From a virus: 64,000 nucleotides of DNA. This document shows positions 10,087 through 21,200 of this stretch, piece by piece. Within the stretch, counting starts at the first letter, position 1. Each line of letters starts with the position of its first letter. Under the pieces are notes generated by a model. That model was given only the letters and a program-made list of their open reading frames with translations, was not told where the DNA came from and made no database searches. Location: IMG/VR virus record IMGVR_UViG_3300016667_000726, positions 18,083-82,082 of that record; one strand, 5' to 3'. The position numbers and the translations under genes are program-made.

Positions 10087-13000
10087 GCCAGGTCAGCCGA
10101 ATCACGACTCTTCTTCAGGACCGGCTCGCAGCCTATGACCCCGCTCTCGACGTAAGTCCGGGATCAGCGATCTACAATTCGGTCATCGCGCCCGTCGCTA
10201 ATGCGCTGACCCCAGATCCAATCGATACCAACTCTCTTGAGTTTCTGAAGACGCGCCTGTCTCAGGAGTACCCATCCCTATCCGTACAGGACACGGACAC
10301 GGTCGTATCGTTCCTGGTTAAGCCGCTCAGCTTGCTCTTGGAGCCGCTTAAGGCGGAGCTAGAGTCTGTGAAGATTGGACAGTCCACTCGCAATGCACAG
10401 GACATGACGAGTGATCAAGCGCAGGACCATGCGGCCAACTGGTTTGTGAGCCCTCGGGTTGGGGGTAGGGCTCAGAGCGTGGTGCGGATCAACTTTGCGG
10501 CTCCGCAGAATGTCCAGATTGACACCTCGGTCCGGTTCACCACCGACGCTGGCTTGCAGTTCATCCCTCTACGCTCTCAGGTTGTGCGCCTCGAGTCCAT
10601 GCTCGTGCAGCGAGAGGGCGCCAGTTACTACGTTGATGTGCCGGTCGTCGCGGAGAATGATGGGGCGGAGTACAACGTCGACGCTGCTGCAATTCGGCGC
10701 TCGACCTCCTTCGCAAACGCTACAAACATCCGCAACCTCTACGCGGCGTCTGGCGGCGTTTCTGGGGAGACTGCGGAACAGCTCCTTGCTCGTGTTGAGC
10801 AGAGCCTGACAGAACGCTCGCTGACTTCACGGCGTGGTATCGTGGCGCGCCTCTTCGATGAGTTCGGGGCGCAGATCCGAAATCTAGAGGTCGTCGGTGC
10901 CGGTGATCCTGAGATGCGCAGAGACATCATCACCGGAGGCGGAGAGGGCGCTGTTGTCTCTAGCGGCATCAGTCTGATTGTAGGTAACTACTGCCTACTC
11001 ATCTCTATGTTTGAGGATCGCGGGCTACAGGGCACCCGCCGCGTTGAGGCCGGGCAGGAGATCGAGCTAAACTTCTGGACCTTCCTGTACAATCTCGGCC
11101 CCGCTGAGACGAACCAGAAGTTCAAGATTGAGCAGGTCCTCCTGGATACTCGGGAGGCAATGACCTCAATCCCGTCAATCGTCCTCATGACGCTTGATCG
11201 GTCTCCAAACGTACCTCCTCCCGTGGCCGCCACGATCCCTGGATCCTATCCAGGAGTCTTTGCCGTTGTTCGCGGCCCGCAGGTGATTGAGATCTCGAAC
11301 GTCCCAGGTGGCATTGGTAACCCCAACACGCCGCGCGGGACTATCGAGATTGAGAACGATGAGATCCACGTATTCGGCCACAACGACATCTACGTGCGTC
11401 CTGCGGTCGATGTCGCCATCTCCTCGCAAACTAGGCTGGAGGGCGCCGAGGTCGTGCTTGAGGGTACTGACCTCGCAATCTCGTTGAACGCCAACTCTAT
11501 GACGAGCGGTGCCTACTACGCCGTCACGACAACGAGAACGCTTGTTGTATCCGTGACAGGTCCTGCGCTATCCCTAGGGGATATCCTCCGGAATACCACG
11601 ACGAACGAGCCTGTGGCCTCTGTCCTTGGGTTTGCTCCTACCCCAAACTCCATCTATGCGGCTCAGGCGTTTACCAGCGACATTGTTGGGAATGTCTTGC
11701 AGGTAGGCGGGTCCTACGGCACGTTGGCGGGCTCAGTCGTCACCGTACTATCCATCTCCGGCAATCCGCTTCCGCAGGAGTTGTTTGTCCGGGAAGGCGT
11801 GCTGGATCGCCTGTGCCTCCAGGTAATTAGCGGCCCGAACTCCGGGGTCTACCGGGTTGCGAGCCTAGTAGGAGAGTCGCTGTCCCTTCTTTCTCCGTTG
11901 CCTGCGCTTGCCTGCAATATGGCATTCCGCCTGTATCGAGAGATCCAGAACGACATTGTGGATCCTAAGAGGATCCTACATCCGTTCTCCGGCCTCAATC
12001 CTCTCGGGCTACAGACAACGATTGGCTCGAGAACAGTCAAGGTAGAGACGGACATCCGGGCGTTGGGGGCTACTGCGGGAGACTTCCTGGAGGTCCTCGT
12101 GGGACCTGACCAGGGAATCTACAGGATCGATAGCTTCGACGCGACCCTCGGAGGTACGGGCCCAATCCTGGCTGCTGCCATGAGGGCTACCAACTCTCAG
12201 GTCCAGTATCGGGTATTCCGGGATCTAGGAGGACTACAGCCTCCGTTCCTGCGTATTGTCCCCGGAGGCGTCAAGCTTCAGGATGCGACATCTGCGGATA
12301 GCGGAAGCACCATCCCTTACGCCCTGCCAGTTAGCTCCCGCTTCCAGAATGGGGTGGCTGGGGCCAGGGTTGTTGAGGTTGGTCGGGCTGGGTTCGTACT
12401 GCCGGATCCGGGACTCAACTGGACTCCCACGGGCGACGTAACGGCGGAGGCGAGTACCTTCGCGGACAAGATTGCATGCTACTCAACTGGGTGCGAGCCC
12501 TGCGAGGGATACATCGCCGTCCTCTCGATGACCGATGCCGGGGACGTGTACCTCGACACTGCGCTACCTCCCGCAGCCATCCAGTTCTTCACGGACATGA
12601 AGGCTTGGATCCTGGACACAATCACGACGCTAGGTCTCGGCCTCGACTTTGAGTTGTTTGTTCAGAGCTTCACTCCATTCCAACTTGCTAGCCCTCCAGT
12701 AGGGGCAACCCTGGTATGGCAAGAGGAAGTCTGTCTGCCGAAGGAGCTGTTCGACGGCAGGGCAAACATCTTCGTGGCCCTGCCGAACATCGACTGGCAG
12801 GCGGCGTTTGACTCCGCTGATTCATTCCAGTCCATCCTCAGCGCCTACATCAACGGCTTGCTCCCTGACAGCTTCACAGAGGGCGCCCGGCCTAGAGTAC
12901 TCGATGCGCTGCCTGGAGACTCTCTCTCAATCAATGTGGGAGCAAACGCAGGGTCGTACGTGATCGACTCTGTGCACCGGTTCCGCCTCCCGGTATTGGG

Positions 13001-15665
13001 CTCAATTGTCAGCGGCCAGGTAGATCAAGGTCGCCTGTACCATCTTGGACTGGTCGTTGTTCGTGACTCGTTCCCGGCTCCTCCAGCCGAGGGCTTGTCC
13101 GCGTTCTTCGCTGCTGGAGTCCCAACCCTGACAGTTCCTGCGCCTCCTGCATTCTCTGTGGCGGTCTTCGACAATACCGGAACTCCCATCTCTCCATGGC
13201 AGACGGTAACGCAGACCCTCACGTTCCTGTTCCAGTGGGCCAACGCTCTAGGCTTCAATGCCCCGGATACCTGGAATTTGGATGGGGGAGAAACCCTACG
13301 TCAGATCTGGAACAGCCTGACCCTGCCGTACTCCTACGGAAAGGCGTCTACGGTGCAGACCCTCCGTATGTGGTTCCAAGAACCCACCTCTGTTGACGTG
13401 TTCGCCCCATCTCCTCGTAGACAGGTCTACTCGCTAGCCCTTGCCTTCGCGAACGCGCCTACCCTTGAGAGCGCAGACCTCTCTCTGCCGGGTGCCCTAC
13501 CTGATGCGGCGTTTGCTTCGGCGGCCTTTACGTTCTGGGTCAAGGCTGTAGACGGGACGCTTACCGCGTACTCAGGGTCCTTGCAGGCCGGTGCGGGCAC
13601 AGCTGCGTCGGTCATGGCCCTACGTGGCTTCTTCGAGACTGCCCTGTCTGGCACTCCAATCATGGTAGGGGAAGACAGCGGAAAGCTCACGTTTACCGTG
13701 GATACTCAGAGTGTCACGTCCGGGGCTCATGAGTACTTTGCGAAGATCGATGTCTACCTTGAGGCGGACGCAACCTCAGCAGCAATCGTCGCGCTAGGCA
13801 TGACGACCTTCTCAGCCGGCGGCCAGCTTGCCACCAGCTTCCTCTCCGAGACCCCCTTCTATCCCCGCCATCCGACTAGGTTTATCGGGGTCAACCTTGA
13901 GCAGCCCATTGAGTTTGTCCCGGCAAACATTGAAATGCGCGTATGGCCTGCAAGCCAAAGCACAGTGCTAAGTCCCTCGGAGCTCACGAGAGACGCGTAC
14001 TTGTCTTCGCTGGTCCAGGGGTTCCAGCAGGTCGGAGTTGTACAGAACCTCACGACCCCAACCTGGACACGTAATCCCACCCAAGGTGTGGATTGGATTC
14101 GCGTATACGAGCAGCGTGTTCTGCTCGCCCCGAATGTTCCTGCCGGTAGCGTGTACTTCATGCCCGACCGCGCGGTTGCAGTCGTCACAACGGCGGGCTC
14201 CCCGCTTCTGTCGCTCCCCACGAAGATCTCAAGCCTTTACACCTTCACCAACCCTTCCTCGGGCAGTGATGCCGATGCGGTCGAGGTTGGAGATCTCGTA
14301 TTCATCGAGGAAGGTGAGTCCTCAGGAGGGTACCGGGTCGTTGCGCGCACGGCGACAACGCTGACGCTAGATCGCCCGGTTCTATCCTCTACCAACAGGC
14401 TCCTAGTCTCGGGTGTCGACGGCGTAATCGATGTCGATGTCTCTACGTCGCAGGTGTCCATCCCGGCACCATCCGGCGCGATCAATGCCACGTCGCTCGT
14501 TGGTCGGTACATCACAATTTGGGGCGCCAACTCCCCAACAGTAGATGGGTCCTACAAGATCAACTCGGTGACCAACCTTGGGTCTAGGGTAGTGCTAGAC
14601 CTCGCCATGTCGCCTCCGCTCTTTGTGAAGACGGAGGTCAACCTTCAGTGGGCGCTGATTGACCCGCCGACCAGCTCGTTGCTGCCGAGCTCGAACATCT
14701 CCGGGCGCACGCAGCTCTTCGGAGTAGTGCCTATCCGCATCTACAATGGCACCCCGCACGAGGAGCAAATCCAGTTCGTCGGGCCGGTGCTCGACAACAA
14801 GGACGCTCTCTTTGTCCTTCGTCCTGAGGCTGAAATCCGTCGAGGCGTAAAGCAGCCTTACGAGATCATCCGTAAGGATTGGGCAGGGATCTCATCTACG
14901 GAGATGAAGAACCAAGGTCGTGTTTCCGGCCTCTACTACTTCGATGTCCCAGTCGTGTCCCTCGGAAATACCCCAGAGCACAATGTTCCTCGGGATTTCC
15001 GTCTTGAGGCCCAGTTTGGGACATACTCGTCAGACGGCTACTGGTTCTCCGTGCGCGATCCTAACCTCTCGTTCTCCCCACGAGAGGCCACGGACCTAGT
15101 GTTCTCGGCGTACTTCCTACCCGTGGGGCAGGATCCTGTAGTCGGAAACAAGGTGCCCCTCGTCGGTAAGACGGTGAGCATCTCCTACGACTACGCTCCG
15201 CTGCTGGATCAAATCCAGACGTTGGTCACGTCGGATGCAGACAGAAACCTCTGCTCCGAGACGCTCGTTCGTCACTTCCTCCCCAGCTACGTCTACCTAG
15301 ACGCAGTGTTCAGCGGGGACGCTGACGGCTCCACTATCGCCACGGCAATGGCATCGTTCATCAACGGCCTAGAGCCAACTGCCGCGCTATCGGTCTCTGC
15401 GCTGGAGGGAGCGTTCGCCTCCAACCGAATCACCAACTACTCTCACCCCATCACCCTCATTGCTCTATCGCATGATTGGGATCGAAGGATTGTAGAGTCG
15501 AGGTCGGTCAGCCGGTTGGATGATACGAATCTTGCGTTCAACGGGTCAAACCGCACGACGTTCTATATCCCGGGTCCTGATCGGTCATCCGCTACGAAGG
15601 AGACCGACATCCCTGATGGCGAGCGGATCTACATTACTCAGGGATCCGCAACGTCCTCGCGGTAA
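10083..15665 (+). CDS. Giant baseplate J/gp6-like wedge protein (1860 aa)
   Basis: J-like N-terminus (VPVVAENDGAEYNV...AASGGVSGETAEQLLARVEQSL) and C-terminus (LVRHFLPSYVYLD...AMASFINGL), separated by about 1400 aa of repeated beta modules. Confidence 0.7.
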   Translation: MSQVSRITTLLQDRLAAYDPALDVSPGSAIYNSVIAPVANALTPDPIDTNSLEFLKTRLSQEYPSLSVQDTDTVVSFLVKPLSLLLEPLKAELESVKIGQSTRNAQDMTSDQAQDHAANWFVSPRVGGRAQSVVRINFAAPQNVQIDTSVRFTTDAGLQFIPLRSQVVRLESMLVQREGASYYVDVPVVAENDGAEYNVDAAAIRRSTSFANATNIRNLYAASGGVSGETAEQLLARVEQSLTERSLTSRRGIVARLFDEFGAQIRNLEVVGAGDPEMRRDIITGGGEGAVVSSGISLIVGNYCLLISMFEDRGLQGTRRVEAGQEIELNFWTFLYNLGPAETNQKFKIEQVLLDTREAMTSIPSIVLMTLDRSPNVPPPVAATIPGSYPGVFAVVRGPQVIEISNVPGGIGNPNTPRGTIEIENDEIHVFGHNDIYVRPAVDVAISSQTRLEGAEVVLEGTDLAISLNANSMTSGAYYAVTTTRTLVVSVTGPALSLGDILRNTTTNEPVASVLGFAPTPNSIYAAQAFTSDIVGNVLQVGGSYGTLAGSVVTVLSISGNPLPQELFVREGVLDRLCLQVISGPNSGVYRVASLVGESLSLLSPLPALACNMAFRLYREIQNDIVDPKRILHPFSGLNPLGLQTTIGSRTVKVETDIRALGATAGDFLEVLVGPDQGIYRIDSFDATLGGTGPILAAAMRATNSQVQYRVFRDLGGLQPPFLRIVPGGVKLQDATSADSGSTIPYALPVSSRFQNGVAGARVVEVGRAGFVLPDPGLNWTPTGDVTAEASTFADKIACYSTGCEPCEGYIAVLSMTDAGDVYLDTALPPAAIQFFTDMKAWILDTITTLGLGLDFELFVQSFTPFQLASPPVGATLVWQEEVCLPKELFDGRANIFVALPNIDWQAAFDSADSFQSILSAYINGLLPDSFTEGARPRVLDALPGDSLSINVGANAGSYVIDSVHRFRLPVLGSIVSGQVDQGRLYHLGLVVVRDSFPAPPAEGLSAFFAAGVPTLTVPAPPAFSVAVFDNTGTPISPWQTVTQTLTFLFQWANALGFNAPDTWNLDGGETLRQIWNSLTLPYSYGKASTVQTLRMWFQEPTSVDVFAPSPRRQVYSLALAFANAPTLESADLSLPGALPDAAFASAAFTFWVKAVDGTLTAYSGSLQAGAGTAASVMALRGFFETALSGTPIMVGEDSGKLTFTVDTQSVTSGAHEYFAKIDVYLEADATSAAIVALGMTTFSAGGQLATSFLSETPFYPRHPTRFIGVNLEQPIEFVPANIEMRVWPASQSTVLSPSELTRDAYLSSLVQGFQQVGVVQNLTTPTWTRNPTQGVDWIRVYEQRVLLAPNVPAGSVYFMPDRAVAVVTTAGSPLLSLPTKISSLYTFTNPSSGSDADAVEVGDLVFIEEGESSGGYRVVARTATTLTLDRPVLSSTNRLLVSGVDGVIDVDVSTSQVSIPAPSGAINATSLVGRYITIWGANSPTVDGSYKINSVTNLGSRVVLDLAMSPPLFVKTEVNLQWALIDPPTSSLLPSSNISGRTQLFGVVPIRIYNGTPHEEQIQFVGPVLDNKDALFVLRPEAEIRRGVKQPYEIIRKDWAGISSTEMKNQGRVSGLYYFDVPVVSLGNTPEHNVPRDFRLEAQFGTYSSDGYWFSVRDPNLSFSPREATDLVFSAYFLPVGQDPVVGNKVPLVGKTVSISYDYAPLLDQIQTLVTSDADRNLCSETLVRHFLPSYVYLDAVFSGDADGSTIATAMASFINGLEPTAALSVSALEGAFASNRITNYSHPITLIALSHDWDRRIVESRSVSRLDDTNLAFNGSNRTTFYIPGPDRSSATKETDIPDGERIYITQGSATSSR

Positions 15666-15955
15666 CGACACTGAAGGCACTGACCCACAAGACGAGTAGA
15701 GGCCCCAGAGAAGATCTTCCTGGGGTCTCTAGGTGTCGTGGGGGACAACGCACGATTGCACTTCGGGCAGAGCCGCTCTCCGATCTCTTGTCGAATCAGT
15801 CGGTCTCGCTCCGCGTTCTCCATCAAAACAGACGTGTGGCCTTGCAGCAGCTCACGGACTAGACTTACGGGCAGTTGGGAGAAGTTGTCGGGAATCGTGC
15901 TGGGCGGCAAGGTACCTCCATGTGCGAATCTAAGACCCAATAGCCTCCTCACCAA
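15638..15955 (-). CDS. C4 zinc-ribbon protein (antisense to the structural operon)
   Basis: CPKC...CLQC motif; fills exactly the gap between two + strand genes. Confidence 0.55.
   Translation of the reverse strand: MVRRLLGLRFAHGGTLPPSTIPDNFSQLPVSLVRELLQGHTSVLMENAERDRLIRQEIGERLCPKCNRALSPTTPRDPRKIFSGASTRLVGQCLQCRYREDVADP
15697..15731. terminator. Stem-loop downstream of the baseplate J gene (terminator or processing site)
   Basis: TAGAGGCCCCAG...CTGGGGTCTCTA arms (12 bp with one G-U pair) enclosing the palindrome GAAGATCTTC; no clear U-tract. Confidence 0.35.
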
Positions 15956-15974
15956 CTAGGAGGTAGGAGGACTC

Positions 15975-18236
15975 ATGCCGTCGCCCCCGATCGTCATTAA
16001 TCCTTCTCCTGCCGATGGGGATACCGACGTAGATCCGCTCTCGACCCTCACGTTTGGGGTCAGGGATCCAGACACCAGGGTGCTGCGGTCTTCGATCCAT
16101 ACTGTCCTGTTGTTCCACCGGGTTCACTACATCGGGGACAACCTGCCCAAGTTTGACCAGGCCCTGCGAAGAGGAGAGGGACGGTGGTCCGTCTCGGCGT
16201 TCTCGGACGCCACGATTGTTGGTATCCCCGGCAATCCAGCAACCCAGGCGCTAGTGCCCGCAGGTCTTGAGATCACCAAGAGCTCCGGCATGAAGCAGGA
16301 GTCATTCCTCTTCGCCTCAGACAGGTTTGTGCCGGGCAAGGCATCTGGGGTAGAAGCAAAGGTCAGTGTCTCCTCATGGACTAGAGGGACTACCGACTAC
16401 TACTCAAATTCTGACTTCGCAGGTGTCGTAGTCGGACTGATTAACTGGAAGTACCGCACGGGCATCTTCGCGATGCTCATGGATGATGGGCTCGGAGGCT
16501 ACTACGTAAATCTGGTAGGGCCTGCGTCCACCTCTGGCGGAGCACGGGTCTCACTCCAGAACAACATCGCCGTGGACTGGACTACCGGTTCCTGGAGATT
16601 CAGGTTTGTGTGGGATGACACCCTAGGAGTCGAGTCGGCCTTCTTCATTGCCGACGACGGAACCACAGAGTTGTCATTCATCCTAGATACTGCGGCTCTC
16701 CAGCTCCTCAAGACTCAGCAGTTCCTACCGGGGCTCTTTGTGGCTGGGCATCCTACGGGGCTTCAGGAAGACCGCATCTATGGTGTTGTCGGGATTGATG
16801 GTTCCCTAGGAGATGCACTGACGATCGAGCAGCTCAGCGTCGCGGGGTATGGGGAGCGACTGACTGCGGGAGGAGCAATCCTAGCCGGAGTCTCGGAGGC
16901 TAGCTTCTCGGGCAACTCAGCAGTACCTCTACTGGCCGGAGAGCGAGATTGGCGCCTGATTGGGACTTCCGGAGTTGTCTCAGAGCCCTCAGGGAATGTC
17001 GCACTAGTTGTCCCTCCAGCCGGAGGCGCTGCGTTCTTCCAAAGAGATGAGCCAGACCTAGATCGAGGCTCGTGGATGGTGCTTGGCACTCTTCTAGTAC
17101 CGTCGACCTCGGTAGCTCTGTCCGTCAGGCAGGGGCTTGGCATTGCTGTGTCCGATGGGTCCACCCGGTTTGAGCTGTCGCTCCTAGACGACAACCTCGT
17201 CCGCCGACTTGGGCTATTTACCGGAGGCGCGGGCCTTGATCTGTCCGACTACATCTACGGGGTCTCTGCCGACTGGACAGATCCCTGCTCCGTGGTCATG
17301 ACCGGGGATGCTGGCCTAGATCGGCTGTACGTCGAGTTCAATGGCGATGCGTACATCGACACGTCGTATTCCGGAAGCGGCGCGGCAGTATCGTCTGATA
17401 CGAGCGTTGAGGTGGGGCTCCTCTACAGCTCCGTGAATAAGCGCGAGCTCCAGATCGGAAGCCTGTGGGTGTTTCCCACGGCCCTTTTTGCAGAGCCCCT
17501 TCTCACTACCCTCCCAGATTCTCAAGGCTGGACTCTGGAGCAGACAGGATCTCCGAGCTCAACGATCACAATCGTGGACGATGAGTACGTCATCGACTGT
17601 GCGCCCTACCCAGGAGAGTACCTCTACTACACGGTCGTTCCACCAGCGAACGAGACTGAGGTGTTCGCGGCAGGAGCCCTGTTCTTTAGACTGCACCTAT
17701 CAGAGTGGTCAAACATCTACGGAGCGCCCTCTCCGACAAACTCCGAGATTGGGCCGATCGCCGCGATCGCAGTGGGGGACGTCTACAGCGTCCACATGTG
17801 CCTAGTACAATCTAGCAGCGGACAGGGCTTTGCTTACCTGCGCACGGAGTCAGGAATCCTAGCCGACGTGTTGGCGCAGAACCCGGTGGGCAAGAAGGTA
17901 TCTGCCCTCGTAGACCTAAGCACTCCGCACTCCTACTTCCTAGACGTGCGCCCCGGTAAGTACGTTAGGCTTTACATCGACTTCGACAGCGAGCCCTCCA
18001 TCAACATTCCGTGGGACCAGTTCTTGCTCGCCAGCTCTATCCTTCCTTCCGGCGCGGTAGCGGCGTTTGGATCCCTAAATCCGGACTGCCCCATCACAGG
18101 TACTTACTCCTTCTGTAGGTCGGGCAGAGGGAGAGGTTATGATGTACGCGCGACTCTTCGGATCCCAGAAGAGTCCATTCTCCTGTGGGCGTACGACTCT
18201 CACGCCACGCTACTCGTTGACCTCGAGGACAGCTGA
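15975..18236 (+). CDS. Virion structural protein with N-terminal Ig-like domain (753 aa)
   Basis: Strong SD (GGAGGTAGGAGG); N-terminus PIVINPSPADGDTDVDPLSTLTFGVRD is bacterial-Ig-like; the remainder is beta-rich. Confidence 0.55.
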   Translation: MPSPPIVINPSPADGDTDVDPLSTLTFGVRDPDTRVLRSSIHTVLLFHRVHYIGDNLPKFDQALRRGEGRWSVSAFSDATIVGIPGNPATQALVPAGLEITKSSGMKQESFLFASDRFVPGKASGVEAKVSVSSWTRGTTDYYSNSDFAGVVVGLINWKYRTGIFAMLMDDGLGGYYVNLVGPASTSGGARVSLQNNIAVDWTTGSWRFRFVWDDTLGVESAFFIADDGTTELSFILDTAALQLLKTQQFLPGLFVAGHPTGLQEDRIYGVVGIDGSLGDALTIEQLSVAGYGERLTAGGAILAGVSEASFSGNSAVPLLAGERDWRLIGTSGVVSEPSGNVALVVPPAGGAAFFQRDEPDLDRGSWMVLGTLLVPSTSVALSVRQGLGIAVSDGSTRFELSLLDDNLVRRLGLFTGGAGLDLSDYIYGVSADWTDPCSVVMTGDAGLDRLYVEFNGDAYIDTSYSGSGAAVSSDTSVEVGLLYSSVNKRELQIGSLWVFPTALFAEPLLTTLPDSQGWTLEQTGSPSSTITIVDDEYVIDCAPYPGEYLYYTVVPPANETEVFAAGALFFRLHLSEWSNIYGAPSPTNSEIGPIAAIAVGDVYSVHMCLVQSSSGQGFAYLRTESGILADVLAQNPVGKKVSALVDLSTPHSYFLDVRPGKYVRLYIDFDSEPSINIPWDQFLLASSILPSGAVAAFGSLNPDCPITGTYSFCRSGRGRGYDVRATLRIPEESILLWAYDSHATLLVDLEDS

Positions 18237-21200
18237 TGCGAGCGACCTCCGCAGTTAGCTTCAGTCTTGGGCCTGAGCGCACTACTCCAGTAGCGATCGT
18301 TCAGCCTGAGGAACTCTACTCGGTCATCGGATCGAGGATCATTATCGATGGTCGGCAGTCCTACTCGCCAGACAATCTAGATCTCATTTTCTCGTGGGCC
18401 ATTGAGTCAGCGCCAATCGGAAGCACGGCCGCGTCTCTCGTCCTCCTTGATGGCCAAGATCCCTCCGTCGTTGTGCTTCGCGCCGACGTCCTTGGTCCCT
18501 ACAAAATCACGCTAAGGGTGAGCACCGGGTTCAGGGTCAGCACCGCCGTCACATCTACGATCTATGTGCAGGCCATCCAGACACCATCACTCTCCAGAAT
18601 TGAGCCAGACGGCCACATCTTCTTCCGTACAATCCTGGATGGGTTTGCTCGGCAGCTTGAGCAGCAGGCGCTCCTGCCTATTTACTGGGCGGGCCTGAAG
18701 CAGCTCGTCGCAGGGGATCTGCTACGGCTCTTCCAGTATGAGTACGCCGCATCAATCAGAAACATCCAACCGTGGTTCCAACGCCGATGGATTCGATTTA
18801 CGCCTGAGCTGCCCATCATCAGCCAGGGGCAGGTAATCCTAGGGAATCACCAGTCGGGGTCGGACGCAATCACGCAGCCCTCATCCATCGTTGTTCAGGG
18901 CGCAATCCTCGATGCTACTACGTTCTCGCTTGCCGCTGGGTCGGTTAGCTCGGCATCCAAGGGCCAGAAGTTCGATATCTTCTCAGGACCGAACGCCGGG
19001 ACGTACTACATCGAGGACATCCTGCCCAACCTCAGCGGAGTCCGCGTTCAGGCGCTAAATCCATTTCCCGCCCCCGCCAGCGAACTGCTGATCACGAACG
19101 CTGATTTGATCACAGTGCTAGACTCGGACACCGTCTCTTCCGCCGGGTCCAACTTCCTTACTACGGTGCCTCCTGTAGCTCCGGGAGACTACGTTAGTAT
19201 CGACTCAGGCACGGGGACTGGGACCTATCGGGTAGTTTCAGTCCCGAGCGCTACATCACTCCAGCTTGATCGCAAGTTCCGCACAACGGCTGGCGCCATC
19301 TCATTCCGAGTCTTCTCTGTGAGGGCTGGTGCCTATCAGACACCAAGACGCCCGTTTACGGACACTGTACTCATTCCACAGGCATCGGCAGACCTCAATG
19401 CACTGGGCAGGTCGGAAGTCCGGGGTACAGGCACGCTCGCTGGACCGTATGAGATCATTGTGGAGACTCGACATCTGTTCGAGTCCGTGATCGGAAAGCA
19501 GATCACGATCACGACCGGGCCAAATACGGGTAAGAAGGTCGTAATTGCGTCCTTCAACTCCTCCGCTACGGGCTATCGGGTCTCAGTAGCCCTATCTCCG
19601 CCGTTCTCCTCTGTGGGGTACGCCATCCCAGTCATTACTGGGGTCTCAGATCGCCTCCTCGTTCTGGGAGATAGGGCTTATGAGATTGCATCGGCTACCC
19701 TAGACACTAATCAGCCCCCAACCTCGGTCGGAGGCCTCGGCCCAGTCTGGTCGATTAAGCTAGCCACTTCAGATGCCCCGGCGGATCAGAGGGGCCTGAC
19801 GTGGTCAATCGGCTCAGTCTTCCGCTCAGATGCCAATCTCGACTTTGAGGAGTTCGGGATTGGGCCTGGGGATGTCCTGTACTTTGAGGTGTCTCGCCTC
19901 GATGACTCCTCAAAGAGCCTCATTCCAGTTGGGATCTTGGGCGCACGTTCCAACAAGATGTCGTTCTCTTGGGGCCGCGCGGCCGATGGTTCGGCTCTTG
20001 ACGTAGATCTCCTCATGCTCGCAGAGGACCTCCACATCCGTGAGGCGTACCGCTCCGTAGTTACTGGCGAGGTTGTCTACGACGCTTTGGCCGCCGATAT
20101 CCTAGCGGAACTCCAGAGCTTTGGCTTCCAGCAGTCCTACTGGAACTTGGCCCTTCGAGAGTCGTCGATCATTACGGTCAGGGGTTTCTCCTTCAAGGTT
20201 CGCATCTCCTCTGTCCGCAGAAACTCTAGGCTGCCTGTTCCGGACGACCTAGTCTCGATTCCAGTTCTCTATGAGTTTGTCAGCGACGTAGAGGGCTCTA
20301 CCCTTGAAGATGGTACCCATGTGTACGTCGGGAAGGACGATGTTCAAGTAGGTATGCCTCGTCCTCCTGTGGAGTTGATTGAGGGCACCAACTTCTCCAT
20401 CGCGGGGAGACGCACGCTTAGGGGCACCTCTGGATCTACACTTGCCGGAGTAGATGAGATCGTAGTCCCAGGCGCCGACCTGCTTCGTAGGGGCGTCACG
20501 GCTGGCGATGTGATTGAGCTTCAAACCGGACCCGACGTGGGGCGGTACGCGATCCTTCGAGTCCTAGCGGCAGACCGCGCTCAGGTCCTAGGTGTCAACG
20601 GAAACATTCCACAGACTACATCTGGGGCGCTCTCGTTCCTCATCGACAAGAGGATCGATGGTCGCTTCCTATCTATGGCTACCCCATTCAGCCCGCTGAC
20701 TCCAGCCCCAAAGACCCTATGGGCGCACACAGCGCTATACGACAATTCTGCCTACATCGAGGCGAACTTTGGCGTAAAGGTAGGAATTACTAAGGCGCAG
20801 CTCGATGAGTTTGGCACCTCCCAGGTGTCTTATCTGACCGCTGTTCGTGGCCTCATGTACGCCTGGGCGTCCAATCGCTCCGTACTCGGACTAAAGACTG
20901 GTTCTTCCATCATGGCAGGAATGCCAGTAGCGGAGCACCGAGGGGTCATCACGTCGATTGAGCCTGGGTATTCCTCGACGCTAGGGCGCCTGATCATTGC
21001 GGCCCTCACCGACAACGGGCAGCCTCTAGGGTTTGAGAACGCATACTTCTACACCAGCTCCGTAGACCTGTCGTTGCCTGAGTTTGCGGGATTGGCTTCC
21101 AATCCCAAGACGGGTAGGCCCTACGAGGTGGGGGACATTGTTGAGCAAGATGCGGTGCTCACGAACGGCATCATCATCCACGATTGGATCAGCGCCCCGG

